Source: Amoebophrya sp. A120 | Taxonomy: Eukaryota; Protista; Dinoflagellata | Direction of reading: 5' to 3' | Length of the DNA stretch: 64,000 nt | Assembly: GCA_905178155.1 (NCBI GenBank) | Contig: CAJINV010000004.1 | Coordinates: 5,330,258-5,394,257, forward strand | Part shown: one piece after another, positions 1 through 12,825 of the stretch | How positions within the stretch are numbered: the first letter of the stretch is position 1 | Layout of the letters: each line of letters opens with the position of its first letter | Notes under the pieces: model-generated | The model's database searches: none | Told to the model about the DNA's origin: nothing | The model's input: the letters and a program-made list of their open reading frames with translations, nothing else | Made by a program: the position numbers and the translations under genes

Positions 1-3000
1 TAACGTAGTGGAGCGCCCCGTCGCGAAACTCTGCGGCCCAAAACTGCCTGGAGAGGCCTCCGCGTTGCAGCTTCTATCCACTGCAAATATGTCATGTCTG
101 GGTCCTCTGGAAGATTGCAAGGTTTGTCATGCAGGTCTCGCATGGCCCATGAGGTCTTGAATGCAGGGCCTTGCATAACAAATTCTGCAGTGAGGTCTCT
201 ATCCTCCGTATCTTCCTGCATGAGAAACTCCCTCTCCACTTGCACTTGGTCGAAGCAAGGTCGGAAGCTTTTGCTAATCACGCTGACGAAACACAGATTT
301 TTGAATGATTCAGATTCAGCATGACAAGTTGCAGTGTTCCAGATCCAGACATATATACATTTGATAGGTTCAAACACACACTGATGTCCGAGGCGATTAT
401 ATTGGTCCCGGACCCCCATCGTATGCAAGAAAAAAGCTGTGATGTAGGTGTAACTCTGTAATGCAGAAAATGCAAGAGAGTTACGCCTGTCATGCCAGAC
501 AGCCACGCAGTCCTCTTCCCATGTGTGTTAGTTTTCCCTTACAAGCCACGCATGACAGGATTTTTGTTTCATGTAGAGCAACTCTGTGATGCTGTCAGCC
601 AAAGAAAGTTACACTAACACAGTTTTTTTTCTTGGGTACCTCGAGAGGAAAAATCGTACTCCGGTCTCAGCAACACCTGCGCCGCTGTGACCCAAGCGGC
701 GCCCGAGAATGTGGCAGACAGAGCTCGCACCGAGACAAGCGTGCCGACCATAGGCTCGGCTAGCAGGTTGCAGTCGCTCATGCGGTAGTAAACGAAGTCC
801 GGGTTGACGGAAGGCGTGCAGCCATCCTGAAAAAGCCAACACTCGCCGTTGCTTCCTATTGAATGTAAAAACGTCGTGGCTCCCACCCTGGACTCAAGTT
901 CTTGGAAACTTAGCAACACAAATGGTCCAAAAGCTTTGGAAGTAACGCATGGCGCATCACAAATTCTGTCAATCTTATACTTTTTATACTTATTAATACA
1001 GCATTACAAATTCCAAAACACGACGTAGAAATGTCGCTCATGCTCATGGGGATGCGCATTACAAACGTTCGCGTACCTGTACATGCAAATCTGCCTGACA
1101 AGAACTATGGGCGGGCGGGAACGTCTTTACTGAGGATAGTTCTCGTGAAAAACCCACCGCAATTTGGGGTGTTCGCGCACTGGTAGCGGCACTCGGCGAC
1201 GCTGTAAACCCGATCGTTGTAATAAATGCCCGACCCGAGCTGCTTGTCGTTCATATTCGCGCAGGCGCCCTGGAAGGTGGAGGGGCAGGAGGTCCCATCG
1301 ACGCGGGGCACGTACGCCTTACACTTTGCCTGGTTTTGCGCCATACTCCAGTGCTGCCATCCTGCCGCCGAGGATTGCGTACAGCCGTCCACAAAGTACA
1401 TAGCCTGCGCCTGCCCGTTGTTCTGGTTGCGAAACATCGCCACGCAGTTGTTGTCGTAGCCGCGGCCCCGACAAAACAGGTCGTAGTCGGTAATCTTGGT
1501 GTTGGCAACATTGGTCTGGTCCACCGTGGCAATGTCACTACCCGCGATCGCGAGGGAGTTAAATTCGTTGCACGCCCCGCCCCACACCGCGGGGCAAACG
1601 CGGCCCTTCAGCTGACACTGATTTAAGGAGTATTTTCTCCACCACGGCCCAATCCACCACGTGCAGCCCGAAGAGAGAAGATCGCACGTACTGCCTGCGC
1701 CTGTGCCGACAATGAAGTCCGCGCAACCATCCGTCATCGCGCACAGATACCGGCACTCCTCCTTCGAGTAAGGTCGGTCTGAGAAGAGACCGACCCTTTT
1801 GTCCTGCCATTGGCCGCAGCCACTTGTCATTCGGATTACGGGGTGTGGAGCGAAAGTGCGAAGACGAACCACACAGAAAAGACTCACTACCAGTCGGGAA
1901 CAATATCCAAAGGGATGCAGTTGGTCTCTCAAATAGGGATAGCCGGAAGGTTGAGGCTAGTCCCCAATTACTGCGCAGATTCTTAGCATTCACGGTATGC
2001 AATATAACTCAAGGCCTGTACGTATTCTTTCAGAGGGTGTCTTGGGTAAGTCTTCCACCCTGCTGGTTTTAAGGTCGTCCTGCTTCTTGTCCCGACCACC
2101 CCCAGAGCGGTGGCCGTGAAACAGCTTCGCACTAGTTCCGGGATCATTTAGGTCATTGGCTTCCTTGTGTTTCCTTCAGGATCTCTCTCAAGATTGTAAA
2201 GCTCATTTATTGGATCACTGGACAGGAGTGAAGCTACGCTGCGAATGGTTCGTCATTTATTTGCCATGGTCCCCCTCACTCCTGGCAATGTCCATACTAA
2301 CAGATAAAACGGAGTAGGTCGCTATCGGTTGCAGGTGCTTTGATATAAAAGAAACAAGCAGAATGAGTTTGCAGCGAGTAGCTGAAACCTGTAAAATTTT
2401 CGCCAAGTAAAGCTGTCTTAGTTTGCTTGCTCAAGGCCTTCAAAATATCTCCATCTCCGTCATCGAATCATCCTTCTCGACCTCCGTCCCCCTGTCGGGA
2501 CTTGTCCACTAGCATCCCCGTCGCTCTGTGTTCGTTTTCAATTATCCAGCACGACGATGTTGCTGAGTTTCAGGAATTCATAAAATTCGATTGCGGGGCA
2601 AACTTTAGTCAATCCATTCGGTCGATTGACTTTCGCACTGTGGTGGAGGGGTTTGATGCACTCGCGTAGAGTCAGGTCTTTGATTAATGCATGTCTGACG
2701 TCCCAATGTTTCAGTTGAGACTACGCACCACATGAACCTTGGCTGTAAGTAATCGCAGAACTGTTATCGCGTGCAAGGGTAATTGGAAGCAATAAGCTCT
2801 GGCTAATAAAATACTGACGCCACCAAGTTCGCAGCGAATCCAATACATAGTAGAAACGCGCAGCCATTTTGCTCGCTTCGCTCATGCCATATAATTCGGC
2901 TTCGCTGACGCTTGTAGATACTGAATGCTGAGGCACACTGCGCCAAGCAATTGCGCAACCGTTCAAGGTGATGACTACACCGAAGTTGGATTTTCGGTCC

Positions 3001-6000
3001 GAAAACGATGCCCAGTCCGAATCGCTCCAAGACGATAAGCCCAGCCTGTCACCGAAGGTCTCGCGGTTGTTCTTGTACTGCAATCCACGACGTGTCCGCA
3101 GGTATCTAAATAGACGCTTCAGGGCTGCAATGCTTTCAGCACTTGCTTTCACCCTGGCGCAGGCTTTTAGCGCTACTACAATATCTACACGCGTATGAGC
3201 TAAGTACTGCAGACTTCCGGCCATTTCTTGCTTAGGTTTCAAGAGTTTAGGGTCGTCCTCTGTTGCAGAATTCGCGGGAGATTCCATTGGCAACGTGACT
3301 GCTTTCCCAATATCCCCGCCGAATCTCTTCAGAATTTTCTGCGCGCAAACATCTTGGGAGAGCAAAATATCACCCGAGGGAGTACACCCCCACGCCTCAC
3401 AATGCCCAAAACATCATAGACGCGGTAGCGTCCCTCGTCACGTACTGTCTCAGGTTCTAGTTTCAAAACTGGCTTGAGTTTATCACGATACTTCGCGCCT
3501 TCCTCCTTCTTCCCGAAAAGCCAGAAGCTGTCAACAAATACCAAAAGCAAAACCAAGCCACGTTGCCAGAGAGTGGCCTCGATTGGATTGCGTTTCCAGC
3601 CTTGCTCTTCGAGTTTTGAATCCCTGTGGCTTTCCCACGCTTTACTACTTAGGCGCAGGCCGTTCATCGCATAGACTACAACAGCGTAGCGGTAGCTCAA
3701 CTCAGCCTGTAGTCGTGCGTCTAAATCGATAGCAACGCCATCAGTCGGGTAGGGAGCTTGTAAAAAGGCTGACGCAGCATCGCTGGGGAATGCGTACAAT
3801 CCTGGCGCCTGGCACTTAAGCGCTAACAACATGCGCAAAAGGCTAAGATCGGGACTAGAAGCATAAGAATCACACGAAGAAATCTCGTCCATAAATCCAA
3901 GACAAACAATTCTGAATTTGCATCCGCCACAGCGTTTGCGTGGCAGCAGCATCCTGCACGGAATTGGTCTGCTTCTTGACTTTTTAAGGGTTAGAAGTTC
4001 TTCTTCGGTTGCTTGTCTACATACATGCTTGCGGGCTGTGAGCTCCTTCTTGATAGCTGCACGCCATTCGTCGGTAGACGTGTCAAAGTCTTCTCGCTCT
4101 TTTGGTAGGGTTGCGACTTTAAAACAAGTCCCACCCTTTTCCCAGTCTCTAACTACTAAAGGCGCTAGCATAGCAATTAGGGCGCTCTCGTCTATGTGGT
4201 TAAGCTCTTCACTAGTTCTACACCTTTCGGCTATGTCAGCTGCTAGCGTTTGCAGCTGGCCCTCCTTTAGTTCTCTAGTTTCGGGCTGCGCCTCAACTAG
4301 TTCGCGGATTTGCTTCAGCGTCTTTAGGCGCTCTGCATTTCTCAAATGCCATGCTCCACGTACTGGAAGCGTTTCCTCGTTAGCTAGGACACTCCTAAGC
4401 TTCTCAGCTTCTTCGGCTTTTATTCTATCAGATACAGAATCCCTATCATCCTTAGTGAGCCGGAATCTCTTGGAAAGGCCTACGCCTTCCTCCCCGCCTG
4501 AAGCGGCTCGGGGCTCCTCACTGTCTGTCAACAGACTTCACTGGCTGCGACTGCTCCACTGAGTTACTTTTGCCACGCAGGCTGTCCGCGCATCTCTTGG
4601 AATGGGACTCCTCAGGTCGCAGTGCCTGGCTTTTCTCATCAGGACGCAACTCCTGGCTCCCTTTCACTTCGTGCCGCACAGGCTTCCTCTGCTCGCTGGC
4701 AGGATTGTGCCACACAGGCTCCCTCTGCTCACTAGCATGCTTCTGCACGCTGGCAGGCTTCTCCTTGTTACTTCCAGGCCGCACTGGCTGGGCTTCCTCA
4801 AGTTTCGGATCGAGTTCGAATTCGTCCTGATTTACTTTCGTTGGTCTTGTGCCCTTGCGCCTATCCGATGCATCGCTGACGACTTCTCTTTTCGCCTCTT
4901 CTTCAACAAACTCACCGACTGGCGGTAGCCTCTGCCCCACGGGCACCCTGTGCGTCTTGTATAAGATTTTCAACAGCATAGGAGGTAGCAGCATGTCACT
5001 AGCTGTCGCGTGCTTTCTAATATGACTAGCATGCCCGCGGCGATAGTGGCCGTCGTGATCTAGCTACTACAAAAGTTTGTTACTGAGTCCGGGCTGACTT
5101 GTCTATGGATTAGAGTCGCTGGACCCATCCACTCCTTCTTATCTTTATCAAACAACTCCACTAGCTCGCCTTGCTTAACTTCGTCGGACTCTTTGTAGCA
5201 GTTCCTTTGCGTTTCTCGCAGCTTCTTCATTTCGGCCACGAGCTGACTATCAGTTTTAACTTTTTCAATCCAGGCTCTAGCCTCGCAACGCATTTGGTAG
5301 GCTTCTTTTACTTCAGGGTCTTGCATAAGTGCAAGCTGCTGACCGCTTAAGTCCTCAGGGCCAGGGGGCTCCAACTTTTGGGGATTGGTAACCCCCTGAA
5401 CCTGGCACGGACATAGGCCATCTAGTGCGCTAGTTGGTGTCATATTGACAGCGTTAGTGGCTTGCTCGACTAATTTGGGGATAGGAGTGGTTCTCTGTCC
5501 GAATACATATCTGAGCCTGTGCAGAACAGACCTGCAGACTCTATGTCTACGCTCGCAGATACCATTTACCCAAGAGGCTTTGGGGGTTCCGAAGAGTTGC
5601 TAGCCATATAACTGACAAAACTGACGAACTTCAGAACTATCGAACTCCTTGCCTTGGTCGCGTAGGATATTCTTGCCGATAATCCCACACGGCTTGAGGC
5701 TTTCTAGGAGTTTTTTAGTGTCCTGCATTTTCGGGGCGCGCGTCAGTGTATGCGTTTTACTTGCGCGGCTGTGCAGGTTGATAGCATGCAAAACGGCATG
5801 GCTCTTGCCTACGGGCCAAAATGTGTCCAGCGCTACCCAGTCCGTCGGAGATCGAATTGGAATCGATTCCGCCGACCTTATCATGGGGGACGGCCATGGT
5901 CTTAAGGCGTTGCAAGTTATGTTTGCAGAAATGCACAACCAAGCCAGGAGCCTGTGGACTGTTGCCCATGGTTCTAATAATTTCCAATCCCAGACGTTCT

Positions 6001-9000
6001 GAAAGGTAGGTAGAAACAAGTTAGCAGCTACTTCGCATATTTTGCTGTATGGCAGGCAAGCGTCCATACTGTGGCGCGTGCTCAGTATCTCGCTTGCAGA
6101 ATTTCTTCGCGGGCATAGTGCGTTCTGGGTGTGGAGAAGCTTTTCGCTTCTTCTTTTTGGGCTTCTTTTTCGACTTTGCTGGGACAGGCTTCCGGCTGTC
6201 TTCTGCTGCGCTATCACTTTCACTCGTTAACTCTCCCACTTCTGTCTCAGGTGCTGCGAGAGTCTCAGGTGCTGCGAGAACCGAATTGCTCTGAGTCACG
6301 TGGCTAAACTGCACCTGTGTACTGTTTTCAACAGGTTCAGAACCTTTCGCGGTCTGGCGTGAGTCGAGTCCGCAAATTTGTCCACTTTTTAAGCAAATCG
6401 CGGCGAGACTCTGGATTTCTTCACTGCTGATTTCGAACGTTCTGGCCTGTGTAGTTAGGGGGCCAGCTGACACGGTTACTGGCTCATCGAAAAAGGCTGC
6501 CACTGTTTTCAGCTTGCTCTTGACCTCGTCGCTGATGACAGGGCAGAGCATTACAAGTTGCTTGCTCCGATTCATTCGAATTTCATTGATGATCTCCGAA
6601 GTGGAGAGGTTTGCTCCGTCTATTTCGTACCAAGCTAGTCTAGCATCACTACCAAAACCAACAAAGCTACTGAAATGATCAAAATTAGCGCACCAGAGTG
6701 ACTCCATAAGCTCCTGCGTGTTCGTGACAGAGCACTTCTCCACCGGATTCGCCACCAAGGAAGTGCATCGGAATCTTGACCGTAGTGAATCCTCCCAGGA
6801 TATGCGTGGGGAACTTGCTGAAGAAATTCATGCTGTCGATGGATACCGGAAAGCCGTTCACTTTTCCGCAAAAGATCCAGTGATAGGAGGGTCTTCGAAC
6901 CCAGGGGCTTCACGTCGACCACGTTCTTGAACATGCAACCCGTCGGGCCCCACATGTCTCCGACGGTACGACTTTCGCATACAAAACCGCTCGCAGTCGA
7001 GAAAGTCAGCTTCGTGTCTGCCGGGCGCAAGGAGTGCAACAAACTTAAGTCGCCACGCATGTGCCGGCTTGCACACGAGTCCACCAACAGGATGCAGCCC
7101 ACCACATTCGCACCGTGGGCAGTCTGTGTTGCGAAGCACTGCAAGCGCTCGGACTTTTTAGTGATTTCAATGCACGGGGCTGCCATGTAGTGCCCATAGC
7201 CATTTTGTTGCTGCGGCGGCTGCCACACCTGCTGGGCTGGGAGGCTGTTCTGCTGTTGCTGCTGCTGCAGTGGGTACGCCTGCTGCTGCGGCGGCTGGTA
7301 GACTTGCTGCTGTTGCTGCGGCTGTCCACCTTGGTTATTGTGGTTTCCCTGGTTCTGGTGGCTGTTGCCGTTGTTCGACTTCGTGGCCGCGGCGTACGAG
7401 CTGCCATTCTTGTAAATTCCGCTGGCTTCGTCGCGCTTTTTGTCACGGCATTCGGCAATGAAGTGTCCGGGGCGCTTGCAATAGTGGCAAGCACGGTCGC
7501 CCTTCTTGCCTTTGCCCTTTCCACTCTTCTGGCCGTGCTTTCCGCCACCCTTGCCTTTCCTGCCGACGAAGAGAGCTCCTTCAGCGTTTTCACGCTTGGC
7601 CGGGGGCTTCCACTGCGCCTGTGCCTTCGCGATACTGGTCGCAAGCTCGGAGAGGGTCTTGGGGCGATCATTGATAATGATCTTGCGCACCATTTCCGTA
7701 CAGTTGCGACGGGCAACACGGATGGATCACCTCGCGCGTGGCGATAGCTCCAGCTGGCAAAGCAGAATGCTTTTGCTGGAATTCGCGGAACCACTCGGAC
7801 GGCCTCTGCTTCTTCCCGTCCGTAATGCATTTCTCCAAACCTTCCGTCAGCAGGTCCTCGTCGCCATATTCCTCACGGAAAACGTCGCAGATCCGGTCGA
7901 GCTTTTCCGCTGCGCTCCGGATGTCTTTCAGCTCGGGCCGCTTGGTGATGGCCCGGTAGGTCCGCAACATGTCGACACAGGATGTCTTACCCTCGACATT
8001 CGCAGTGAAGTCTTTCGCGTCATGCTTCTCGCCACAGACAAACTCCCAACCATTCCCACATGGGCATCGTGGGACTCTCGGCGAAATTGGGGACCTTGGT
8101 CAAGGCGTTCTTGTTATCCTTCTTGCGCTTTTTCTTCTTCTTCTTCTTCTCGCCATCGTCTTCCTTTTCACTGCTAGAACCGGAATCGGAAGACGAATAA
8201 ACTTTCAGAAGTTGAAGAGAACCGCTTGCGCTTCTTGTCTTTCTTCTTCTGATTGCGCACTGGGCTGCGATTCTATCTTCTGCTCCTGGACTTTGGCAAG
8301 CTGCTCCTCCTTCATTCTCCTTTTTCGCTTGGGAGAGCTGTTCCGTCAGCTCCCACTTCAATTTGTTCGCGGCGTTGACTTGCTCCGGCAGTTGCTCCTT
8401 CTCGCGCTCCTTCTGGACGCGTTCCACCTCGGCTTTTTCACGCTTTTCGCGCTCCGGGTCCGCCTTTTCCGCCATCGTACCGAGCTGCTGCTGAATTTCG
8501 GTGGCGGCGTTTTCGCGTTTTGCTTCCGCCTGCTCTGCCGCTTCGTCGAGTTGCTTCCGCAGCTCAGCAAGGTCGCTGGCGCGCTTTTCTTCCGCCTGCT
8601 GCGCCTGCAGTTTCGCGGCTTCCGCCTCATCCTGAAGCTGTTTGCAGTTGTTCTCGCGATTGGTTTTCTCGCTGTCGCGATGCAAATAATTCTGCTCGAG
8701 GTTGCTCTTCTGCTGCGCCCAAATTCTGCAACTCCTTTTTGGTTTTCGAGAATTCCTCACGCTCGGCAACGCCGAAGGTGCTCCCGCCAGTACTCGGGTT
8801 CCGGGGGTTCTTGATTTTGTCGCCAGTAGGAGTCTGCGGCGCGGTGGTTTCCGGCTGCTGGATAGCAGCTTGCTGCCCTTCGGCTCCGGTATTCTTGTTT
8901 CCGCCGTTCATCCCGTTCCTGTTCTTCTTTTGCTTTTTCCGCTTATTACTGCCGCTGGTAGTGCTCGTTTTTTACTGCGGTGTGGTCGCTTAGTTAGTTT

Positions 9001-12000
9001 ACTGCAATGCAATTTAGGATGCATTTTGGGCTCATAACTCTGCTAAGCGAAAGCGCGAAGACGAACCACACAGAGCAGACCCAATACCAGTTGGGAACAA
9101 TACCCAAAGGGTGGGACGCAGTTGGTTTTTCAAATAGGGATAGCCGTAAGGTTGAGGCTAATCCCCAATCACTGTACAGATTCATAGCATTCACGGCATG
9201 CAATATAACTCCTATAAGCGGGGGCGGTTAAAACTTTGCGACGGGGAGGAAAATCGTCCACGCCGAAACTTTTTTCACACTTTTCAAACTTTCCAAAAAT
9301 TTCGCGACTTGCGAAATCGCTCACCGCCCACCGCTCAACTCCCATCGCCCAACTCGCAAAGTCCGTCTCCCATCGCCCAATTCGCAAATCCCATCGCCAA
9401 ACTCGCCACCAACCCCATCGCTTAGCACCCAACCCCCGCCGCCCACTTACCAGCTCCCAACCTTCATCGCCCAACCGCCATCGCTCAACTCTCATCGCCC
9501 AACTATTTTGCAACGCAAAATATTTTGCGCCTCGCAATATTTTGCGAATCAAAATACTCTGCAACGCAAAATATTTTGCAACTCCAAATATTTCGCGACT
9601 CGAATTACTTTGCAACGCAAAATATTTTGGAAGTCGGAATATTTTGCAACTCCGAATATTTTCCAACCCTCGGGAAATATTCTGACCAGAAAATATTTCG
9701 CAACAACCCCCGAAAAAACCGCCTCCCCCGTTTTTGCAGCTTTGAAAGCGGGGGGCATGGGGAGGGCAGAAGACACGGGCTCCCAACTTCCGTCGCCCGA
9801 TTGCCAACCTTCATCGCCCAGCCCCCAACTTTCATCGCCCAACCCCCATCGCTTCGCTCGCATCTATTTTGCAACGCAAAACGTTTTGCCAATTAAAATA
9901 CTTTACAAAGCGAAATACTCTGCGACGCAAAATATTTCGCAACTCAAAATATTTCGCAACTCGAAACATTTTGCAACGCAAAATATTTCGCAAGCCAAAA
10001 AATTTTGCAAGTCGAAACATTTTGCAAGTCGGAATATTTTGCAAGCCAAAAAATTTCGCAAGTCGAAGTATTTTGCAAGTCGAAATATTTTGCAGCCCTC
10101 GCAAATTATTATGACCAGGAAATATCTCGCAACAACCTTCCAACGAAGCCGCTTCTTCCGTTTTTGCAGCTTTGAAAGCGGGGGGCACGGGGGGGGCGGG
10201 AAACACGGGGAAAACGTACGGGAAGCACGGGGAAGGCTGGAAGCACAGGAAAAGCGGGATGCCCAGGAAAGGCGGGGAGCACAGGAAAAGCGGGAAGCAC
10301 GGGGAAAACGGAAAGCACGGGGAAGACTGGAAGCACGGGGAAAGCGGGAAGCACGGGGAAAGCGGGAAGCACGGGGAAAGCGGGAAGCACGGGAAAACGG
10401 GAAGCGCGGGGAAGGCGGGAAGCATCAGCCCACGGGGAAAGCCGCCCGCCCGCGCCACAGCACCAGACGAGCAGCTGCCCACCACCCATCCCCGGCGCCC
10501 TCCCTCTGTTCACGAGGAGAACGGCAGAGGGCGCCGCCGTCCGCCGCCTCTTGGAGGCAGGCAAGCACGGGGAAAGCGGGAGCACGGGGAAAGCGGGGAA
10601 CACGGGGGAAGCGGGAAGCACGGGGAAAACGGGAAGCACGGGGAAAGCGGGAAGCACGGGGAAGGCAGGGGGCACGGGGAAGGCGGGAAACACGGGGGAG
10701 GCGGCCGGGAAGCGCGGGGAAGCCGGGGGGCGCGGGGATGGTTGGAAAGCGAAAGCACCGGCCCAGGGGGAAAGCCGCGCCCAAGCACCAGGCGAGCAGC
10801 TGCCCACCACCCTCTCCCGGCGCCGTCCCACTGTTCACGACGAGACGGGCAGACCGAGGGCGCCGCCGCCCGCCGCCCCTTGGAGCGAGGCTGGCTGGCT
10901 GCGCGCGAGAAGAGGCGGGGGCGGAAGAGATTGCGCGCGAGCTAACGCGTGGGGCGCCGCTGTTGTCCGGGGGTGCGGGGAGAGGGTGGCGGGCCCCTGC
11001 GCCTGGAGAGTAGGCTAGAAATGCCCCGCCCCGGCGCCCGCCCTCTATCCACGCGCGTGGCAGGGGCCACAGCGAGCCAGCCAGCCTTTGTTCTGCAAGG
11101 CTGCGCGCGGGAGAAGAAGGGGCGGCGGCGCCAGGGCGTGCAGGAGCGGGGCGCACCGGCAGGCTTCACGGACGCGCCCACACAACAGACGCGCGGACGG
11201 GGCGCCACGCGCCAGCGCCGTGCATTGCGCGGGCTGTTTTCCTGCTTCCTTCCCTCGTCCTCTGGCGCCCGCCCGCTGCCACGCTTTGCGTAGCGTTGTT
11301 GGGCCTAAGGCTTGCCGCCTCAGAAACGCGCGCCCAATGCGGGCGGGGTCCTCGCGCTCGCACAACGACGGGAACCACGGGCGCCATGGCGCTCCGCCTT
11401 CGTTCTTTCAGCACGAAGCGGCGCAGGGGCTTGGCCCCACCCTGCATCAAAAATCTTTTCCCTTGCCCACCCTCTGACGTTTTTCTTTCCCCCCTGTCAA
11501 CTCGTTCACCCCCCCACTGCGCGACATAAGCTGCGGCCTTGTAACTCAAGGCCTGTACGTATTCAGGGGGTGTCTTGGGTAAGTCTTCCACTCTGCTGGT
11601 TTGCAGGTCGTCTTGCTTCTTGTCCCGACCACCCCCAGAGCGGTGGTCGTGAAACAGCTTCACACTAGTTCCGGGATCATTTAGGTCATTGGTTTCCTTG
11701 TGTTTCCTTCCGGATCTCTCTCAAGATTGTAAAGCTCATTTATTGGATCACTGGACAGGAGTGAGTCTACGCTGCGTGTGGTTCATCATTTATTTGTCGT
11801 ACGGGGCAATTTGCGTCGCTGTCTAGCAAAGGGGTGTCTTGTTGGTCGATGCACTGCGCCTCGTTACGCGCCAGTGTGTAGTACGGGAAGTCGTAATTGC
11901 CGGCCTGCCTCTTCCTGGTCGTCGCCATTGTTGGGTCGATCTGGCACCCAGCCCGGTAAAAAATGCAATCCAGTGTGATACTCGGAAGTCGAAAAATCAC

Positions 12001-12486
12001 GAACGCGACGCACCCGGAAATGGCCCGACACTTCGTGTCACAGGACCGCACCGTCTCGCTGGCGGTGTTGGTCCGCGAAATCTCATACGTGGCACTGCTT
12101 TCGTCGCACCCGCCACCCCGCTCCGGTAAGCACAACGGGTTGAAAAAGGGCTCCAAGGAAAAAGCGGCCTGAACCAGAGGGAGGTGAAAGTAGGAGGAGC
12201 TGCTCTCGTCGACTAAAAACAAAAAGCAGCAGAAAAACAAGAACAACAAACACGGAGCGAGAAGAACGTAGAAAAAGTGAGACCACGCATGTAGTTTTTT
12301 AGTATTTCGCTTTGATGTTTTCGCAGTCCCAGCGGCACTTCCACTTCCCGTCCTCGTCGTTCTCGTGGCCCAGCGCTTAAGCAACAAGATCCTGCGGAAC
12401 GCACTGCGGAACATGCGGAAGCCGCACCGCTTGCTCTCCCTCGCGCCGCGCGGCGCATCCAGAAACAAATGCTGCTCGAACAGCAT
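1..12486 (-). CDS. Gene 1 (3'-partial): Cys-rich PAN/apple-like repeat protein, interrupted by the Copia element and three introners
   Basis: Exons ~11802-12486, 1139-1843, 639-856, 367-421 and 1-74 join in frame (DANCPV|IRMTSGC; CGGFFTR|SNGECW). YSxxECRYxC repeats; hydrophobic stretch FFYVLLAPCLLFLFFCCFLFLV near the N-terminus. Start codon uncertain. Confidence 0.7.
75..366. mobile_element. Introner A1
   Basis: Family A TIR TATCAAATGCAAAAATGTCTGGGTCTGGAA (degenerate copy); DR GCTTC/GGTTC. Confidence 0.85.
422..638. mobile_element. Introner F1
   Basis: Family F TIR TATGCAAGAAAAAAA.CTGTG; DR CATCG/CCTCG. Confidence 0.8.
857..1138. mobile_element. Introner B1
   Basis: Family B TIR TATCCTGAGTAAAAACGTCCCCAC (degenerate copy); DR CTTCC/GTTCT. 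Confidence 0.8.
1844..2268 (-). repeat. Copia 3' LTR
   Basis: Aligns to 9041-9211 plus 11542-11801; adjacent to the polypurine tract. Confidence 0.9.
2269..2283 (-). promoter_or_regulatory. Polypurine tract
   Basis: AGGAGTGAGGGGGAC on the minus strand, immediately before the 3' LTR. Confidence 0.75.
2600..3365 (-). pseudogene. Copia RT C-terminus/RNase H, disrupted
   Basis: WSDSDWAS..DRKS and IAWRSVPQHSVSTSVSEAELYG motifs; premature stop at 2721. Confidence 0.9.
3329..4531 (-). pseudogene. Copia reverse transcriptase, frameshifted
   Basis: DAASAFLQA, YAMNGLRLSSKAW, LLVFVDS (YVDD-like). Confidence 0.9.
5060..6100 (-). pseudogene. Copia integrase, disrupted
   Basis: DWVALDTF...LRDQGKEF catalytic motifs; stop at 5600. 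Confidence 0.8.
6635..8911 (-). pseudogene. Copia gag-protease, frameshifted
   Basis: CCHC knuckle CHYCKRPGHFIAEC, protease LLVDSCASRHM, Q-rich linker, charged N-terminal fragments. Confidence 0.85.
9027..9040 (-). promoter_or_regulatory. Primer-binding site (copia half-tRNA-Met type)
   Basis: GAGTTATGAGCCCA right after the 5' LTR; resembles the copia PBS GGTTATGGGCCC. Confidence 0.65.
9041..11801 (-). repeat. Copia 5' LTR, split by a 2.33-kb insertion
   Basis: Halves 9041-9211 and 11542-11801 match the 3' LTR. Confidence 0.9.
9212..11541. mobile_element. Non-coding satellite-rich insertion in the LTR
   Basis: Flanked by a TAACTC duplication (9206-9211, 11542-11547); contains CATCGCCCAA, 17-bp GCAACGCAAAATATTTT and 18-bp GCACGGGGAAAGCGGGAA arrays. 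Confidence 0.8.
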
Positions 12487-12504
12487 TTTCGAGCAGGGCG
12501 CCCG

Positions 12505-12825
12505 TATCAAAAGGAAAAATCCCCCCTCCCCATATCAAAACGACGTCTCTGACGCAGGAGCTGCGTACGCAAATCTGATCTGTCTTGCTGGAGAGAAATG
12601 CAGGCCCATACTAAGCCTAAGGGGAGAGGTTTTGGCCCAGGCGTCTAGCATGGGGAACGTCCGTGCTGTAGGCCCATCAGCATCACAAACCGCCTGCACA
12701 ATGCTGCGGAGCTTGTGGAGTTGCCTCCTTGCAAGACAGACGCGATTTGTGGTCTCAAATCAGCAACACAAATTTTCGGAAACATAACTTTTCGATATGG
12801 GGAGGGGGGATTTTTCCTCTCAATA
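12505..12825. mobile_element. Introner C1 (upstream of gene 1 CDS)
   Basis: Family C TIR TATCAAAAGGAAAAATCCCCCCTCCCCATATC; DR not conserved. Confidence 0.8.

Larger units (their letters stand above)
1844..11801 (-). mobile_element. Degenerate Ty1/Copia LTR retrotransposon
   Basis: Two LTRs, 5-bp TSD CGGGG (1839-1843, 11802-11806; the match extends to TACGGGG), gag-PR-IN-RT-RH order. Confidence 0.95.

Noticed and set aside
7061-8993. Plus-strand ORFs opposite gag
   Set aside because: Antisense shadows of low-complexity gag sequence.
9169-11668. 501-aa ORF 9508-11013 and overlapping ORFs
   Set aside because: They are open on both strands because the tandem repeats lack stop codons; no domain signal.
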